From assembly GCF_000711695.1 (NCBI RefSeq), contig NW_013547019.1:124001-188000 (forward strand): a DNA stretch of 64,000 nt, written 5' to 3'. The notes beneath the pieces are model-generated. The model made no database searches and had not been told where the DNA came from. It was given only the letters and a program-made list of their open reading frames with translations. The translations under genes were made by a program, and so were the position numbers. Below, in pieces: positions 14,376 through 27,034 of the stretch (position 1 is the stretch's first letter; each line of letters starts with the position of its first letter). This DNA comes from Tilletiaria anomala UBC 951 (lineage: Eukaryota).

Positions 14376-14829
14376 TTAGTCGAAGAGACCGAAGCCCATG
14401 TCGTCGTCGGACTCCTCCTTCTCCTCCTCCTTCTTCTCCTCCTTCTTCTCCTCAGCAGCACCAGCACCAGCGGCGGCAGCCGGGGCAGCGCCAGCAGAGG
14501 CAGCAACACCACCAGATGGGACGGATGCAAGCTTGGAAGCACCCTCAGTGATGAGCTGTTGTGTTGTATTGGAAAAGCAGGGTATCACGATGAAATTCAG
14601 TCAGTAAATGGGGAAGCGTCCAAATTGGAGTCAAAATCGACTCTGGGAAGAGCTTTTGAATAACACCCACCTCAGCAATGTTCTTGCCCTCGAGCTCGCT
14701 GATCAGCTTCTCGACACGCTCAGTGTCAGCCCCGATACCGACAGTGTCGAGGAGCTCCTTGATGTCCGAGGCCGAAGGGCTCCCGTTACCACCAAGCTGG
14801 AGGAGGAGGTAAGCGGCGATGTGCTTCAT
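14376..14829 (-). CDS. RPP2: 60S acidic ribosomal protein P2; intron 14556-14670
   Basis: [15 protein letters not shown]...ELEGKNIAE | [13 protein letters not shown]...[13 protein letters not shown]. Confidence 0.97.
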
Positions 14830-15352
14830 ATTGACGTTAAAAAATGTTGTGGATTGACGTTAAAAGCCAGCAGCAAATCCGCTCGATGAGCTTTGATCGG
14901 TAACCGAAGACTTGCAGACTAGAAGCAGAGATCAAGACCGAGAAATCAGGTGTCTTATTCAGAAATAGCAGAATTACGGCGTCGCGAATAGGACTCACCT
15001 AAACGGCAATTTTGCTTGACGAATGCGTGCGTGTGCAACGGACGGAAGTTGGGTGCATACCTTGCAACTTTCAATGTCCAAAACGATGCAGCGCCCCGAC
15101 AGCAGCGGAACAGGGCCAGCTTCCATAATGCTGCGGATTGATTGCGCCCACTTTGCAATCTCCCCGGAATTAGAGCCAATGGCGCCGCTTTCCCGCTCAC
15201 GCTCACCTTCCACCCACCAACACCGACACCGACACCCGTCCGGCATTCACTGTGACTTGTGGCATTCATCATCCTCTCCCCATTCTTCTTTCCTTGCTTG
15301 ACTGCATTCGCCATCTAGTGATCACCGGCAAGTCCAGACACCAGCAGCAATC

Positions 15353-16387
15353 ATGTGGGTATTACAACGAGCGAACAACGCTTTGTCCTGTGAGGACGCA
15401 GAGAGGAGCGTTACCAGGCGGCAGCATGCCCATCCAACTGGCCGCGCGGAGAGGGATGGGATGGATGGAGAATGGCGCATAGAAAGGATGCTGCGCTTCT
15501 ACTTCCCTTGGCTTGTGGGACTGGATCTGGATGCATCTTTCATCGACAAGGCACATCTTGCGGCCATATCGACCCGTCAGAAGCCTGGTCAACGCTCGGG
15601 GAGTTCAGGAAGACCTGTATGGGGTTTGCTTGCGGAAGGGCACAATTTGAAGAGAATAGTTGCAGATTGCACTCGCCAAATGTGAAGCATTGCGCCGCAT
15701 GGTGATCATTGTTTTGCGTTGCAACGCTGTCAGCTCTACCTCGCGGCATAGCGATGCAGATGGCAGAAAAGTCGGAGTGAGGAGGGAATTCTGGGTTGAG
15801 ACTTCGTCGGCGCGCCAGAAATAGAGCCATATGACTTGAGACTGACGTGTCTTGCCACTTGTAGGGATGACTACGACCCAGCAGCGGCCGCTGAGCTCAA
15901 GCGCAAGAGGACTTTCCGCAAGTTCTCTTACCGCGGCATTGAGCTCGACAAGCTCCTCGACCTTTCCAATGAGGACTTCATGGGCATTGTGCACGCTCGT
16001 GCACGCAGACGCTTCCAGCGGGGTCTGAAGCGCAAGCCAATGGGCCTCATCAAGAAGCTCCGCAAGGCCAAGAAGGAGGCTGCCCCCAACGAGAAGCCGG
16101 CAATTGTCAAGACTCATCTGCGGAACATGCTTGTCGTCCCAGAGATGATCGGCAGCGTCATTGGCGTCTACAACGGCAAGAGCTTCGTCACTGTCGAGAT
16201 CAAGCCCGAGATGTGCGCTCACTACCTCGGAGAGTTTGCTATCACGTGAGTCATTTTGTATCGGTGTCTTCTGGCGATGTGACTCCATTTAATGCTCTCA
16301 ACCTGTTCAAATTAAAGGTACTCGCCGTGCGTTCACAACCGTCCAGGCCTCGGCGCAACAGCGGCTCGCTTTATCCCACTGAAATAA
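15353..16387 (+). CDS. RPS15: 40S ribosomal protein S15 (uS19); introns at about 15355-15864 and 16246-16317
   Basis: [22 protein letters not shown]...[17 protein letters not shown]...HYLGEFAIT | [22 protein letters not shown]. The start is inferred as a split AT|G. Confidence 0.93.
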
Positions 16388-16748
16388 GCGGCTGGTCCTT
16401 TGCGCTTCGGTCACATGTACACTATGGTGTCTCTGCGCTGAAAGAGATAACTACGATTTTTCTGTGTCGTGCGACCTTTTATCGACTGTTGCTAATAACA
16501 ACCCTAACAAACGGCGATAGGAATGATGTCAAGTCATCCAATCTTGATTGAGCTGCTGACTGGTCGTGAAACTGGCGGCTTGCTTCTTCGTTACTTAGAC
16601 TATGCTCAGGCCCCCACTCATGAGTCGAGACGCACACTATGCAGAGTGGACTTCGGCATGACATGAATCTACAAGATGCATGGTGCATTCGTATGGCAAT
16701 CGTTCTCATGCTTTGAGGCGACGCTACATGAGCGACGCGTCTGCAATT

Positions 16749-18630
16749 CTAAGCTAATTTGAGGGCTGAAGTGCTGATCCCTTCGCCTGCCCACTGTGCG
16801 ACTTCAAGAAGGATCCGTCGCTTGTCCATGATGGAGTCGTCCCTCCCCAGCTCATGGAAGGTGACCAAGTTGAAGATAAGAGAATCGGTGGTGCTGATCG
16901 CAGAGGGTCCATCACGTAGCAGAGTCTCGAGCATCTCGACGGGCTCCTCCAATTGCCCTTGGTAGAAGAGGATGACAGCGAGATTGGATAGCTGGTTGGC
17001 AAGGTCGAGATTGTGCTGTCCTGCCAAGCGCCAGTCTGAGGGAAAAAGTGGTCGTAAGGCTTCTTCAGCTTGCTTAAACTCTCCATGCGCCACATGTAGT
17101 AGTGCTTGATCCGTCGCGAGCATCGCGCGCAGCTGGGTCGCTCGTTTCATGGCTGGTGCTGCGGCGCTGTCCTCTTCCATGAGACGTGGTGGTACAGTGT
17201 CAACTTTGCTTAGGCTATCTTGTGCTACTTTGCTGCATCGTTGGAATGTCTGGCGAGCGAACTGGAGCATGCCGCATTGCAAGTACATCCGGCCGATGCC
17301 AGAGAGAAAGTAGGGATCTTGAGAAGCCGGGCTCGCTGAGCTCAGGAGCGGTGCCAGAACGTTGATGGCTGAGCGGTAGTCCTGGCGGCATAGAGCAAAA
17401 TTTTTCAGAGTAATGCCAAGACGAGCTGCGGAAAGAATGCAGGCAGTCTTGCTTACCTTGATCTCGACCAAAAGACTTGCAGTGATCAAAGTTACTCTCG
17501 AGGCCCTGTCGTTCCACATTACTTGACACTTCTGGCACGTAGTCCGTGCATCTCCTTCACACTTTTCAGCGGCTGTAGCAAAGCGCCTCGCAGTCCCCTG
17601 ACATTTACGCAAGAGCGCGCTACATCGGTCGAGTGCAATAGCGTGCTCACCATGCAGACGTGGCTGTTTCGCACGCAGCACTTGTAGTGCGAATGGAACG
17701 ATCGGAGAGTCAACGAGGGTTCTTTGCTGTGGACGAGTGCGTTGCCCTTCAAGGCCGTCAGGTTGCTCTGGCGAAGGAGCGGAAGCGTCGCTCGATATTA
17801 CTGTATTTTCCAGCACGCCCCATAGCGCCTCGATTTCTCTACTGACTTGGGCATGGAGTCTGAGCCTCCACAACGCATGCAGCCGTACGTTCCACCATAC
17901 TAATATCTCTGCTGCGCCACCTCTGCCTTCCATCATGGCGGCGCCGAAAGCGATGATATGCGACCGCGCAGATTGAGCAACGCGCCGCCAGGAATTGGTG
18001 TGAATCGCCGTGGGTAGGCTCGCTATCTCCCCAGGTGGCCAGCGGCCGCTGAGGTCGCGCGAAGGACGCAGGTTAGGTGCAATATGTTTTGCAAGGAGAG
18101 CACCGATGGCATCCGACTGCAGGTCGAAGAAGTTGGAGCGCAAACACAAGCACGGGAGCTTAAATATCACGTTTGGGTTCACGGTCACCAATGGCACTTA
18201 CCGTGGGCAGCTCCATGAAGAGAGAAGGATGGGCGAGTGCAGGAACCGATATGCCGGGAAGTTCGAGAGGGTTCGCTCTCTGGGTTCCTCGATCATAAAG
18301 CTGATCTACGGAAGGTACCGTACTTGTCCGGCCAATGTTTGCGGAACCTGCCGCCGGTGGCTCGTCGGCCTGAATTGATGATGTGCTTTGAGCAGACGGG
18401 TCATCGCATGGAGCCCCAATGAAGGCAGGAGCCAGATTGACAGATTTGCTTGGGGCAGCATCCTCCTGAGTCATCTGTACAGCGAGTTCGTCTCCGTCTT
18501 CTAATAGACTCGATGCATCTGCTCGTTGAAAGGACTGGCCGGCGGAGAGGGGAGTCTGCAGTGAAGCGTCAAGAGTCGGCGGTACGGCGAGCTTCGAGGG
18601 ACTTGGTCTTTCGTCTACATCTTCTGACAT
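16749..18630 (-). CDS. TPR protein similar to TRAPP subunit 12 (TRAPPC12/TTC15-like); two introns
   Basis: WRRVAQ, WWNVRLHALWRLR, VPFALQVLRA and a C-terminal NLAVILFYQGQL...LIFNLVTFHEL TPR-like region; exon 1 is ORF 18160-18654 up to a GTAAGT donor. Confidence 0.65.
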
Positions 18631-19104
18631 GGCGCAGATTTTCTCGCAACGCATGCGATAGTGCTTGCTGATGAGCGAGTGCCACGACCTGATCTGCTCC
18701 TTACAAGAGAGGTCCAGCTATCGTCGTCGTCGCTCTGAGTGCGTTCTGTATTGCAGCTGGTGATCCCAGTGTGCTCACGATGGATGACCTAATAATGTAT
18801 ATAATATTGGTGTTTCTGGCACCAGAGCACTGTATTTTCTGTGTAGTAACTAATGCACCAACTTGGTTCCGCCTCCCGAGAGTCTCTCCACAGCATCCCC
18901 GTTCGCTTCCGCGGCATCGCCTCGACTCTCGTTCATCACGCTTTACCCATGGAGCGTTTTGACGGACATGTGCTGACTTGAGGGCAACATCTTCCAGCTC
19001 GAGGATGTGCATCATCATCACTTGTTGTCGCTCGTTTGTCAACTGATTACGCCTGCAACCTCGGAAGAAGCGCTCGCCTTGGAATCGATCGACGTGAGCG
19101 TAAG

Positions 19105-19816
19105 ATGGCGGCTCCACAGGATATGGATGCACCGCCAGTGCCGCCAGCACCAACAGAAGAACAGATGGCTCTTTCCGATGCGACCTTCAAGCAGGTACCG
19201 CTCTGCATCGATCCGAACACAGATATTCTCATGTCCCCCACCCACGATATGACCCTCCTCAACGCTCTCAGCCGGTCCCTCAAAGCATTGCCGCCGCAGA
19301 TCGCGTTCCCACCCCCGCCGAACGTAGTACTCCCGCAGCGCAGCATGGCGGTCAACAAGGCCCGGGAAGACGGCAATGCGGCATTCAAGAAGAAGGACAT
19401 GGTGGAGGCGATCAAGATGTACACGCTTGCCGTCGACGTGGCAGCGTCAAGACCGTTGTGGGAGTCGAATCAGATCGCGCGCGAGGAGTTGGCAGCAGTC
19501 TTGGCGAACCGCTCAGCGGCGCTTGCAGCAGTTGAAGACTGGATCGGCGCACTGTGTGACGCCGACGCGGTCATCAATCTCAAGAAGCCGTGGGCAAAAG
19601 GGTACTTCAGGAAAGGAAAGGCACTCGCGGGGCTTGGAAGGTTCAAAGAAGCAAAGGAGGCCTACGAAATGGGCATGCAATTCGACCCGGATAACCCAGT
19701 GAGCGGTTCCATTGCCTGGGAGGAGCGACCCCTCCTTGGCTCACCTGCTCTGTTCTTCTGTGCTGCAGGACTTTGCCGCAGCACTCGCGGAGCTACCCAA
19801 GCGCGAGACGTCTTGA
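19105..19816 (+). CDS. SEC72: Sec72-like TPR subunit of the Sec62/63 translocation complex; intron at about 19699-19768
   Basis: PPPPNVV, REDGNAAFKK, RPLWE, LANRSAA, DADAVINLKKPWAKGYFRKGKAL. Confidence 0.85.
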
Positions 19817-21189
19817 GTCATGAGCGACGCACCATCCCTCTCAAGCAATCTGTACATTAGTGCAACATCTTGGGCATAGCCAGATCTTATCTTTCAAACG
19901 TGCGGCATGGCTTGCCTACATCTCATCGACTGAACTGCCGCTTCTTCGCGGATTGAGACAATAGGGTAGCGCGGTCAGGTATCCAATTGGGCAGCAGAGT
20001 ACAAACAATGATCGGACTCGCACATGCGAGTACATGACGGGAAGGCGGATGAAACGCAAAGCAGACGCGAAGAACGAGACAAGGAGGAACGTTAACGTTT
20101 AAATCGAATTACAACGGTGCACCAAGTTCCCTGAGCTGCGATGGGATTTGGGACCCGTGCCGCTGCTGACAGGGGTAGCCAAAAGTGCTGATGGGCAAGG
20201 GAAGCGGTTTCGCTAAAAGTAGAGCCGCGCTCCTGGTCATGGTAACGGATGAGCAACCGCAGCAGGCGTATCGCATCCTGGTATCTGTATCTGTAGTGGA
20301 GCCGTCACATGCGCCTCAAGGACAGGGGGCGAAAGCGGAATCGATGCAGTTGAAGGCATGCTTGACACGATTGGTGGCACTACGGATGATCCGACATCGA
20401 AGTCAATGGTCTGGATCCCGAGGCTTGTGCAGTCGATGACGGTGTGGGCAAAAGTGCTTCCGGGAAATCCGCGCGCAGCCGCAAAAGTAAGCAGGTCATG
20501 ATTCTCGTGGGAAAAGCAAGCGCAGCTGAAGCAGCAGCTTTTCGAGTGTGGGCTCCAAAAGCGACGCCCCTTCGAAGGGAGGCCTACGCCCCCAGTCCGG
20601 GTAACTCTGGAGCGCATTGAGCCAAAGGCTGTCGGATAAGACAATTTGATCAAGACCTGTTTGGTGAGGTGTAGGATGATTCCGACCCGACGCGTCAAAT
20701 CTATTCGCGGAGGAGAACGGCTTTGTTCCAAACGCCTTGGGATCCGAGATCGGACTGGGATATTCGGTTGGCTGCAACTATGTTGCACTGAGCCCAACAA
20801 GAAGAATGGAGTGGTTAATCCAGCGTTCGAAGGATGTGAGTGCATTTTTTGAGCCAGGCGAGAAGACAGAACGTGCATATCAGTAGTCGTGGCAACTCTT
20901 CAGAAACCCAGCCCTCGCTGTAAATGTTTGGAAATCGTAGAAGTGGTTGGAGTGACCAGTGGCGATGACTAGGTCATTGGTGGACAACACGGTGGCCCTG
21001 CGTGCTGGTGCATTGTCGAGCAGGGTATATTGTCTTGTCCTTGCTGGTGGCATCTGACATGATAGGTTTGTGTCTACCCCACGCCTTGTCGCAATTGACC
21101 AAATTGAATGACGACCGATACGGCTGCATCTGGAAATATTTGCGCGTCTTTGCCTTCGATGACAGACCCGTTTCTTGCGACCCGTACGC

Positions 21190-21370
21190 GCGCGACTTGG
21201 GGTGGCTTCTCAAATATGCATACAAGGCCTTTGTTCGTGCATCTATCGCATTTCGGATCCCTGCCGAGAACCAACCCCTCTTCCCCCCAGTATTCAATAT
21301 GTTTCTTGCGTTCGGAATACTTGCTTTGTCGCCAGTACAGAGCACTGCGGAGATTGCGGTGGGGACGGCA
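21190..21370 (-). pseudogene. Possible Zn(II)2Cys6 cluster fragment
   Basis: DPKCDRCTNKGLVCIFEKP has the spacing of the second half of a GAL4-type cluster; LCTGDK lies just upstream; no intact first CxxC was found. Confidence 0.3.
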
Positions 21371-23500
21371 TAACTTCTGCAAATACTTGAATGAACGCGC
21401 CTTGCAGCGCTTCACGAGTCTATCCACCTTTGTCTTTCTCGTGCCTGTACAGCTAGAGGGATGATGGGACAGATTTGTGATATGCACTCGATGGAAGAGC
21501 AGGGAAGGCCCTCACGCACGGTTCATATGCATGGAAAACTCGCGCCTTCATTGGTCTTGAGGCTGGCTTCGATAAGCCGGCGCGCATGGCTACCGCTCAC
21601 CGTATTCCACACCCACCAAGATCCGTCAGCAGACCGTGCAGAGTATGGAGGAAAATTCAGAGCATGCGTCTGCACAGCCGCCCTGCACTCCTATGGCATG
21701 GTCACAGTGCCAAGCGTTGATGGGCGTATTTTAGACCTCGTCACTTTTCACTGAGATGCTGTCGTTGCCCTGCTCCTCAACTTAGCCAGATGCGTCGAAG
21801 AAGTCCTGCATGCTAGTCTCTGACGTTGCGGCCTTATCGCTGGTGCTTGCGAGGCCTTGAAATTTCGGACCATGGCTGTCTTGTCCATGATAATGTAAGC
21901 TCTTGTTAGAGACTTGCGAAGAAGTGTCAGAGCGGGGAGGCTGGGACGCGGAATCAGCAACCATGAAATCAGTGCAATAACTCATCTTTGGCGCATGGTG
22001 TCGATGGCCGTTTCAACAAACGGCATGCTTCGATGGAAACGGATGGGATGTTGGAAACAAGCACTCTCGTATCCCGCACATCCACATTTATACCTGAGCC
22101 GAGCACGAGCACCGGAGAATGGCCTTCCTAGAAGCCTAGAAGCGTCTTGTTGGTGGACTGGGATGTTCTCGCAGAAACAAGGGAAAAGGCGGTCTGAGCA
22201 CGCGAAGACGCCCGCACTCTGCGACATTGCCCCCGACCAAACATCCAACGCAGTGTCAGCAACACATGAAGCAGTCTGTCGCCCTCTTAGAGCGGCAGAC
22301 GGCCCACTTTCCCGGCAACTTCCATGCAGTAGATCTTGCGCTGCATATAATCGACGTTCCCGGACGAACGGGGGCTTTCAAGGTACCCCATCGCCACCAT
22401 GGCCCGATCCATATTAGCGATGTGGCACGCATCATGCTTGATGCGTGCTCGAGGCGGTATACTCGGCCGTGTTGATCGATGGAGCAGCACCGACGCACTC
22501 ATGTCAAGGGATGCTTCGTGTGGGGAGTGCAGATTTTGATTGACCAGAGAGGATGAGGGGAGCGAGACCGGCCTTGAAGGGTGTGCATGGCTAACAAGGA
22601 GTAACCATGGACAATGCTTGCAGCATAGAGCGAGTAGGGAGGTGTTTTAGTGGCAAATATGCACGAGCCACTGCTGTCGGTTCGTCCATCCTTGAAACAT
22701 GCTCTCGCCCAGCTTTTGACAGGGTTCGGCCCACTTGATTGCTCGCGGAACGCTGCACCACGTGTTTGTACTGCTCCTGATGATCGTCGCGCACGATCAT
22801 GCATTCCCATCCAGGATCATCGGTACAAGGCTGAAGGCACCAGGCTCGTCATGAGTCGGAGGATCTGTGCTCAGAGCGGCGTGCACGTCCATGTATGCAA
22901 GAGTCAGCAAGGAGCTGGCGGCTTCACCGGGGCCCAGCGGTTGCCGAAGCTGTAACCTTGCCGACACCTTACATACGGAAAAACGAAGATACCGCCGAAA
23001 TGAAGAGAGCGAAGTCCAAATGAAGCCGGTGAGGCAACACATTCAAAAGTCAGACTTTTTCACATTTATCGAGGTTGCCGTGTTTCTCGAGTCTCGTGGG
23101 CACTGCCACTAGAATCCGTTCCAATGCGGAAGGCAAATTGTAATAAGCGTACTTAAGGCACTTTAAAGCCAGTAAATGGGGTGTGCCCCGCAGTGCTGGA
23201 ACGAGCGATTGGGCTCCTTCCGAAATAACGCTGTGCAGGGCAGCTGAGCTGCCGGCTGCAACATCATGTTACAGAGACACAAGCTAAAGATACAGGGTTG
23301 CGATTTCTGTTGGCAACGGAATATTTCTTGAATGCAGTGCGAAAGGCCTTGTGGCGCAGAATTTGATGCACACTTGCGCCATATGCTGAAGCGGTGACAC
23401 AAAGTGCATTGCCTACCAGCGAAATTCCAGGGCTGTATTAAGAGCTCCGCAATACCAGCTGGTTTGATCTGCGACCCATAGGTACGCCGCCTTGTTGCGC

Positions 23501-24422
23501 TCAGCGGTCCTCCGCCCACTCATTCTCCTTCTTGATCTGTTCCTCCTCCTCGGGTGTAAAGTCGTTCTGGATGTTAAAAAGCTTGCGAATCTCGTCTGGC
23601 GTCTTGCCCTTAATCATGAGCGCGACAGTCTTGCAGCCGACGTCGAGCAGGGGTTTGATGTCGAGGTAGTTGGCGGCGAGGATAATCTCGAACAGCATCT
23701 CCTGGTCGACGTTGATGAACTTCTGGTCCCACTCGCCAATGTCGGTCACACGCTTGCGCGACTCCTCAGCCTCCTCGACAGTCGGCGTTGGGTCGGCGCG
23801 GTGGTGCTCGCAGTACTCCAGGACCTGTATTGGGTGGAGTGTCAAAGTGCATGATTGAGAGGCGGTAATGGAGTGGATCAGGTTTTGGCACTATACGCGA
23901 GCAAAACATGTAGACAAGGCTCACCTTCTTGAGAACCTGCGAAGAGACATTGGGCAGAGGAATCGCTTGGTCTGATTCTCCAATATCTATTTTGCAGCGA
24001 GTAAGGGTTTCAGCAATCACAATGCGACAAATAAAAAGGATGAGCGGTGCGGACGAGGCAAACCGCGAGAGGGATGCAGAGACGATAGAGTATTAGCAGA
24101 TTGGCTTCATTGGAATCATGGCGAAGACGAGCCTCTGTATAAACACTGAATGCGACAAGGTGAGGCCCGTCGCATCAAAGCGAATTGCGAAGAGCCGCTG
24201 CAATGACAACGTGCAGCATACTTTATGGTGTCGCAGACCAGTACGTAGTTACATACGCGAGCTAAGCTCCCGTATGCTGCGTATATTTGAGGCAGCGACA
24301 TCCACCAAGATGTGCGGCGGCAACCACGTACCTTCGAGCATCTGCTTGATCAGAACTGATCGTTCCGCCACGTCCCTCTCGACGGTGAACTCTTCGCCAT
24401 CCGAAGTGCTGAGCTTGACCAT
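23501..24422 (-). CDS. SKP1: Skp1 SCF ubiquitin-ligase adaptor; 3 exons
   Basis: [30 protein letters not shown] | [13 protein letters not shown] | VLEYCEHH...[25 protein letters not shown]...ENEWAEDR. Confidence 0.97.
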
Positions 24423-25042
24423 TCTGCTTGGCTGTGTGTGTTGCCAAGAGTAAATGCCTGGAGGATTCTTGATGCTGTGGGTCACGCTGTGGTGAAGCAA
24501 CAATGATGAAGGCACAGATGGAAGCCATGGTATGATGAGCGAAACGACGAAACGGGTCACGATCACCTAACAGCCCATGAGCCAACAGCTGTGGGCGCGT
24601 GGATATGCCTCGTGTAGCTGCCACCAGCAGAGAGTGTCCTTGTTGCCAAATGGGTCGGGGCTCTCGCGCCAACAAATCTCTTCGCGGGTCAAACACCACG
24701 CCACTCTTGTGTAATAGAAGGGACGTCCCCGCTCCCGCTTACCTAAGGACCTTGGGGTCCGATGCGGCGTCTCATTCTGCAGACTGCATATCTGCAAGGA
24801 AATAGGGTTCTTCCACTACTGTAGATGATGTGAACTGGTGAACCCAATCTGCCACCTCTGGCTGGGACTCTGGAGGCTGGAGCATCTCCATTGATCTCAT
24901 CTTCTGATGGCACCAGGCCAAGCCGTGGTCAGTGTTGTTGAGCACGGCAGGCCTTCTGAGCTAATTTCAGTGGCGAAAGTGGCACTTATTTCGCTGTGCA
25001 ATCGCGGGGATATTTGCTTGACGACTACACGGTGTACACAGC

Positions 25043-26057
25043 ATGACGAACACCGCTGAGAACCATCCCGAGCCGAACGAGGTCGAGGCACCTGAGGCAT
25101 CGCGAGACCCGTCTTCTTCACAGAGTCCAGATGGGGCGTCTGCACCTAGCAACTCTGTCGCTCCAGCTGAAGGTGCAGTTAGACCAAGCACTGTGGCAGA
25201 TGCAGGAACCGCAGATGCGTCGCGGGTCGAAGACAAATCACAAGGCGAACAAGAAAATAGCACAAGATCGACTAAGGCCGACTTGAGCAAGAAAGAAAGT
25301 GATGGGCAGGTACCCACAAACACAAGTGTCCAGCAGCCTCAGAACGTTGATTCATCAGAGGAGGGAGAGCCGAGCAAAGCAGCGGAAGCGGTGGGTCCAA
25401 ATACAACAGCTGCGGCGCGCGGCGGCCAACCTGCGCGCGGGAGAGGCGGTGAGCGCCGAGGTTAGAATCCGGGCCATTGATCTCAACTGCTGACACTTGA
25501 ACATCTCTTCTGTCTCCTTAGGGTACCTCAACCGTCAACGGTTCCGGACAGGAGGGAATGAACGGCAAAAGCTGACGCCAGAAGAGCTCGATGCGAAACT
25601 CGCGGCTGCGCGCGCCAAGAACGCCGCCATCCTAACGCGCCAAGCCGAGATCGATGCAGACAAGGAGTCGTATGCCACGCAAACCGCCGTGGATCGCCAG
25701 GCGCGTGAAGAGGAGCGCCAGCGGCGTGAAGAGCGCGCGCGCAAGATGGTCGAGACGAAGAAGATGCAGCTGGCGCTCGATGAGGAGCGCGAAAAGGCGC
25801 GCGCGCGGAAGCTGGAGAAGATCGGCAAGCGGGATTGGGACCAGGAGAAGGCCGAGGGAGGGGAGCAGCTGTGGAAGTCAAATTACCGAGAATACTCGTC
25901 CGGTACCCCAAGAGCCGGTGCCGGTGGCGGCTATGGTCGCGACAGAGCGGGCGGTGCGCCTGCGCGAGAGCGAGATGGCGCCCCGGGCCAACAGCAGCGG
26001 CAACCCAAGCCTGCCAATTTGGATAGCACCGCCGATTTCCCGGCACTGGGCTGCTGA
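25043..26057 (+). CDS. Hypothetical hydrophilic coiled-coil protein with RG-rich segments; intron at about 25461-25521
   Basis: Two ORFs join in frame across GTTAGA...CCTTAG; RFRTGGNERQKLTPEELDAKL, charged coiled coil, RDWDQEK, C-terminal DFPAL. Confidence 0.7.
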
Positions 26058-26227
26058 GGTGTAGCACTGTGTACTTTGAAGCCACTCATACCTGGCACTT
26101 GGCACATTGGCCCATTCAAAGCATCGAGCCACTGTGAGCCCTGCAATTGGGCGCGGACCACCGAAGCGCGTGCGTACCTGGTGCAAAGTACAGGTATCTT
26201 GCAGCTGCAATGTTTCACTCCACGCAA

Positions 26228-27034
26228 TTACAACATAACCTTGCCCCTCCCTTTCTTGAGATCCTTTCTCTTCTCTTTTACCGCTTTGATCTTGCGTTTT
26301 TCTCTGTCCTCAAGCCTCCTGACATGTGCACGTTGCTCGTCGCTCGTCTCGCCGGGCAGATCAGAGCTAGCGACCTGGTGGATGTGCGCGTGCAGCTTGG
26401 ACAGAGCGTCCGCGAGGTTCGCGTGCGCCGAACGAGATTTGGACGATGACAGCTGCAGGGAATGTGTATTTGCAACGTAGTAGGGTGACACGCTGGCCAG
26501 ACGCTTGCAAATCGTCGGCAGCAGCCAGCGCTGCGAGTTGACCACTTTGTCCATTGCGGCTGCGGCATCTTGGTCAGCAGCGGCGGCAACGATGTTCTTC
26601 AGGTCCAGTCGAACGACAGCTTTCGAGCTGGTCTTGTTGACGTGTTGCCCTCCTGGTCCGCTGCTGCGTGTGAAAGAGATGTGCATCTCTTGCTGGTTCT
26701 GCTCCTGCGTCAGGTTTTTCTGTGCAAAGGCCGCCGCCCAGCACCTGCGCCGCGCGATATCCGACGCACTCTCGAATGGCCAGCCAGCTTGGCGGTCTGG
26801 AAAGTTTGCCCTCGCGGTGGTGTGCAAGTGTGAAGTGCGCAGAGATGCATGTATTACATGGATCTCAAAGAGTTGCGTTGCGATGGCTCGATCGGATCGC
26901 GGACGCGGCTGCTGCTGCCATCTTGTCAGCCTCGGAGCTATTGACCTTGCAGCCGCCGTTGCCGCCGAGCGCACGGTTGCAGGCTGAGCCGCACGTCCAT
27001 CGATCCAGGCAGCTAGATGCCCTGCCTGTCTCAT
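26228..27034 (-). CDS. Mitochondrial codon-independent peptidyl-tRNA hydrolase, RF-1 domain (ICT1/ArfB/Pth4-like)
   Basis: FTRSSGPGGQHVNKTSSK GGQ motif, SRSAHANLADALSKL, basic C-terminal tail, basic presequence. Confidence 0.9.
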   Translation of the reverse strand: MRQAGHLAAWIDGRAAQPATVRSAATAAARSIAPRLTRWQQQPRPRSDRAIATQLFEIHVIHASLRTSHLHTTARANFPDRQAGWPFESASDIARRRCWAAAFAQKNLTQEQNQQEMHISFTRSSGPGGQHVNKTSSKAVVRLDLKNIVAAAADQDAAAAMDKVVNSQRWLLPTICKRLASVSPYYVANTHSLQLSSSKSRSAHANLADALSKLHAHIHQVASSDLPGETSDEQRAHVRRLEDREKRKIKAVKEKRKDLKKGRGKVML

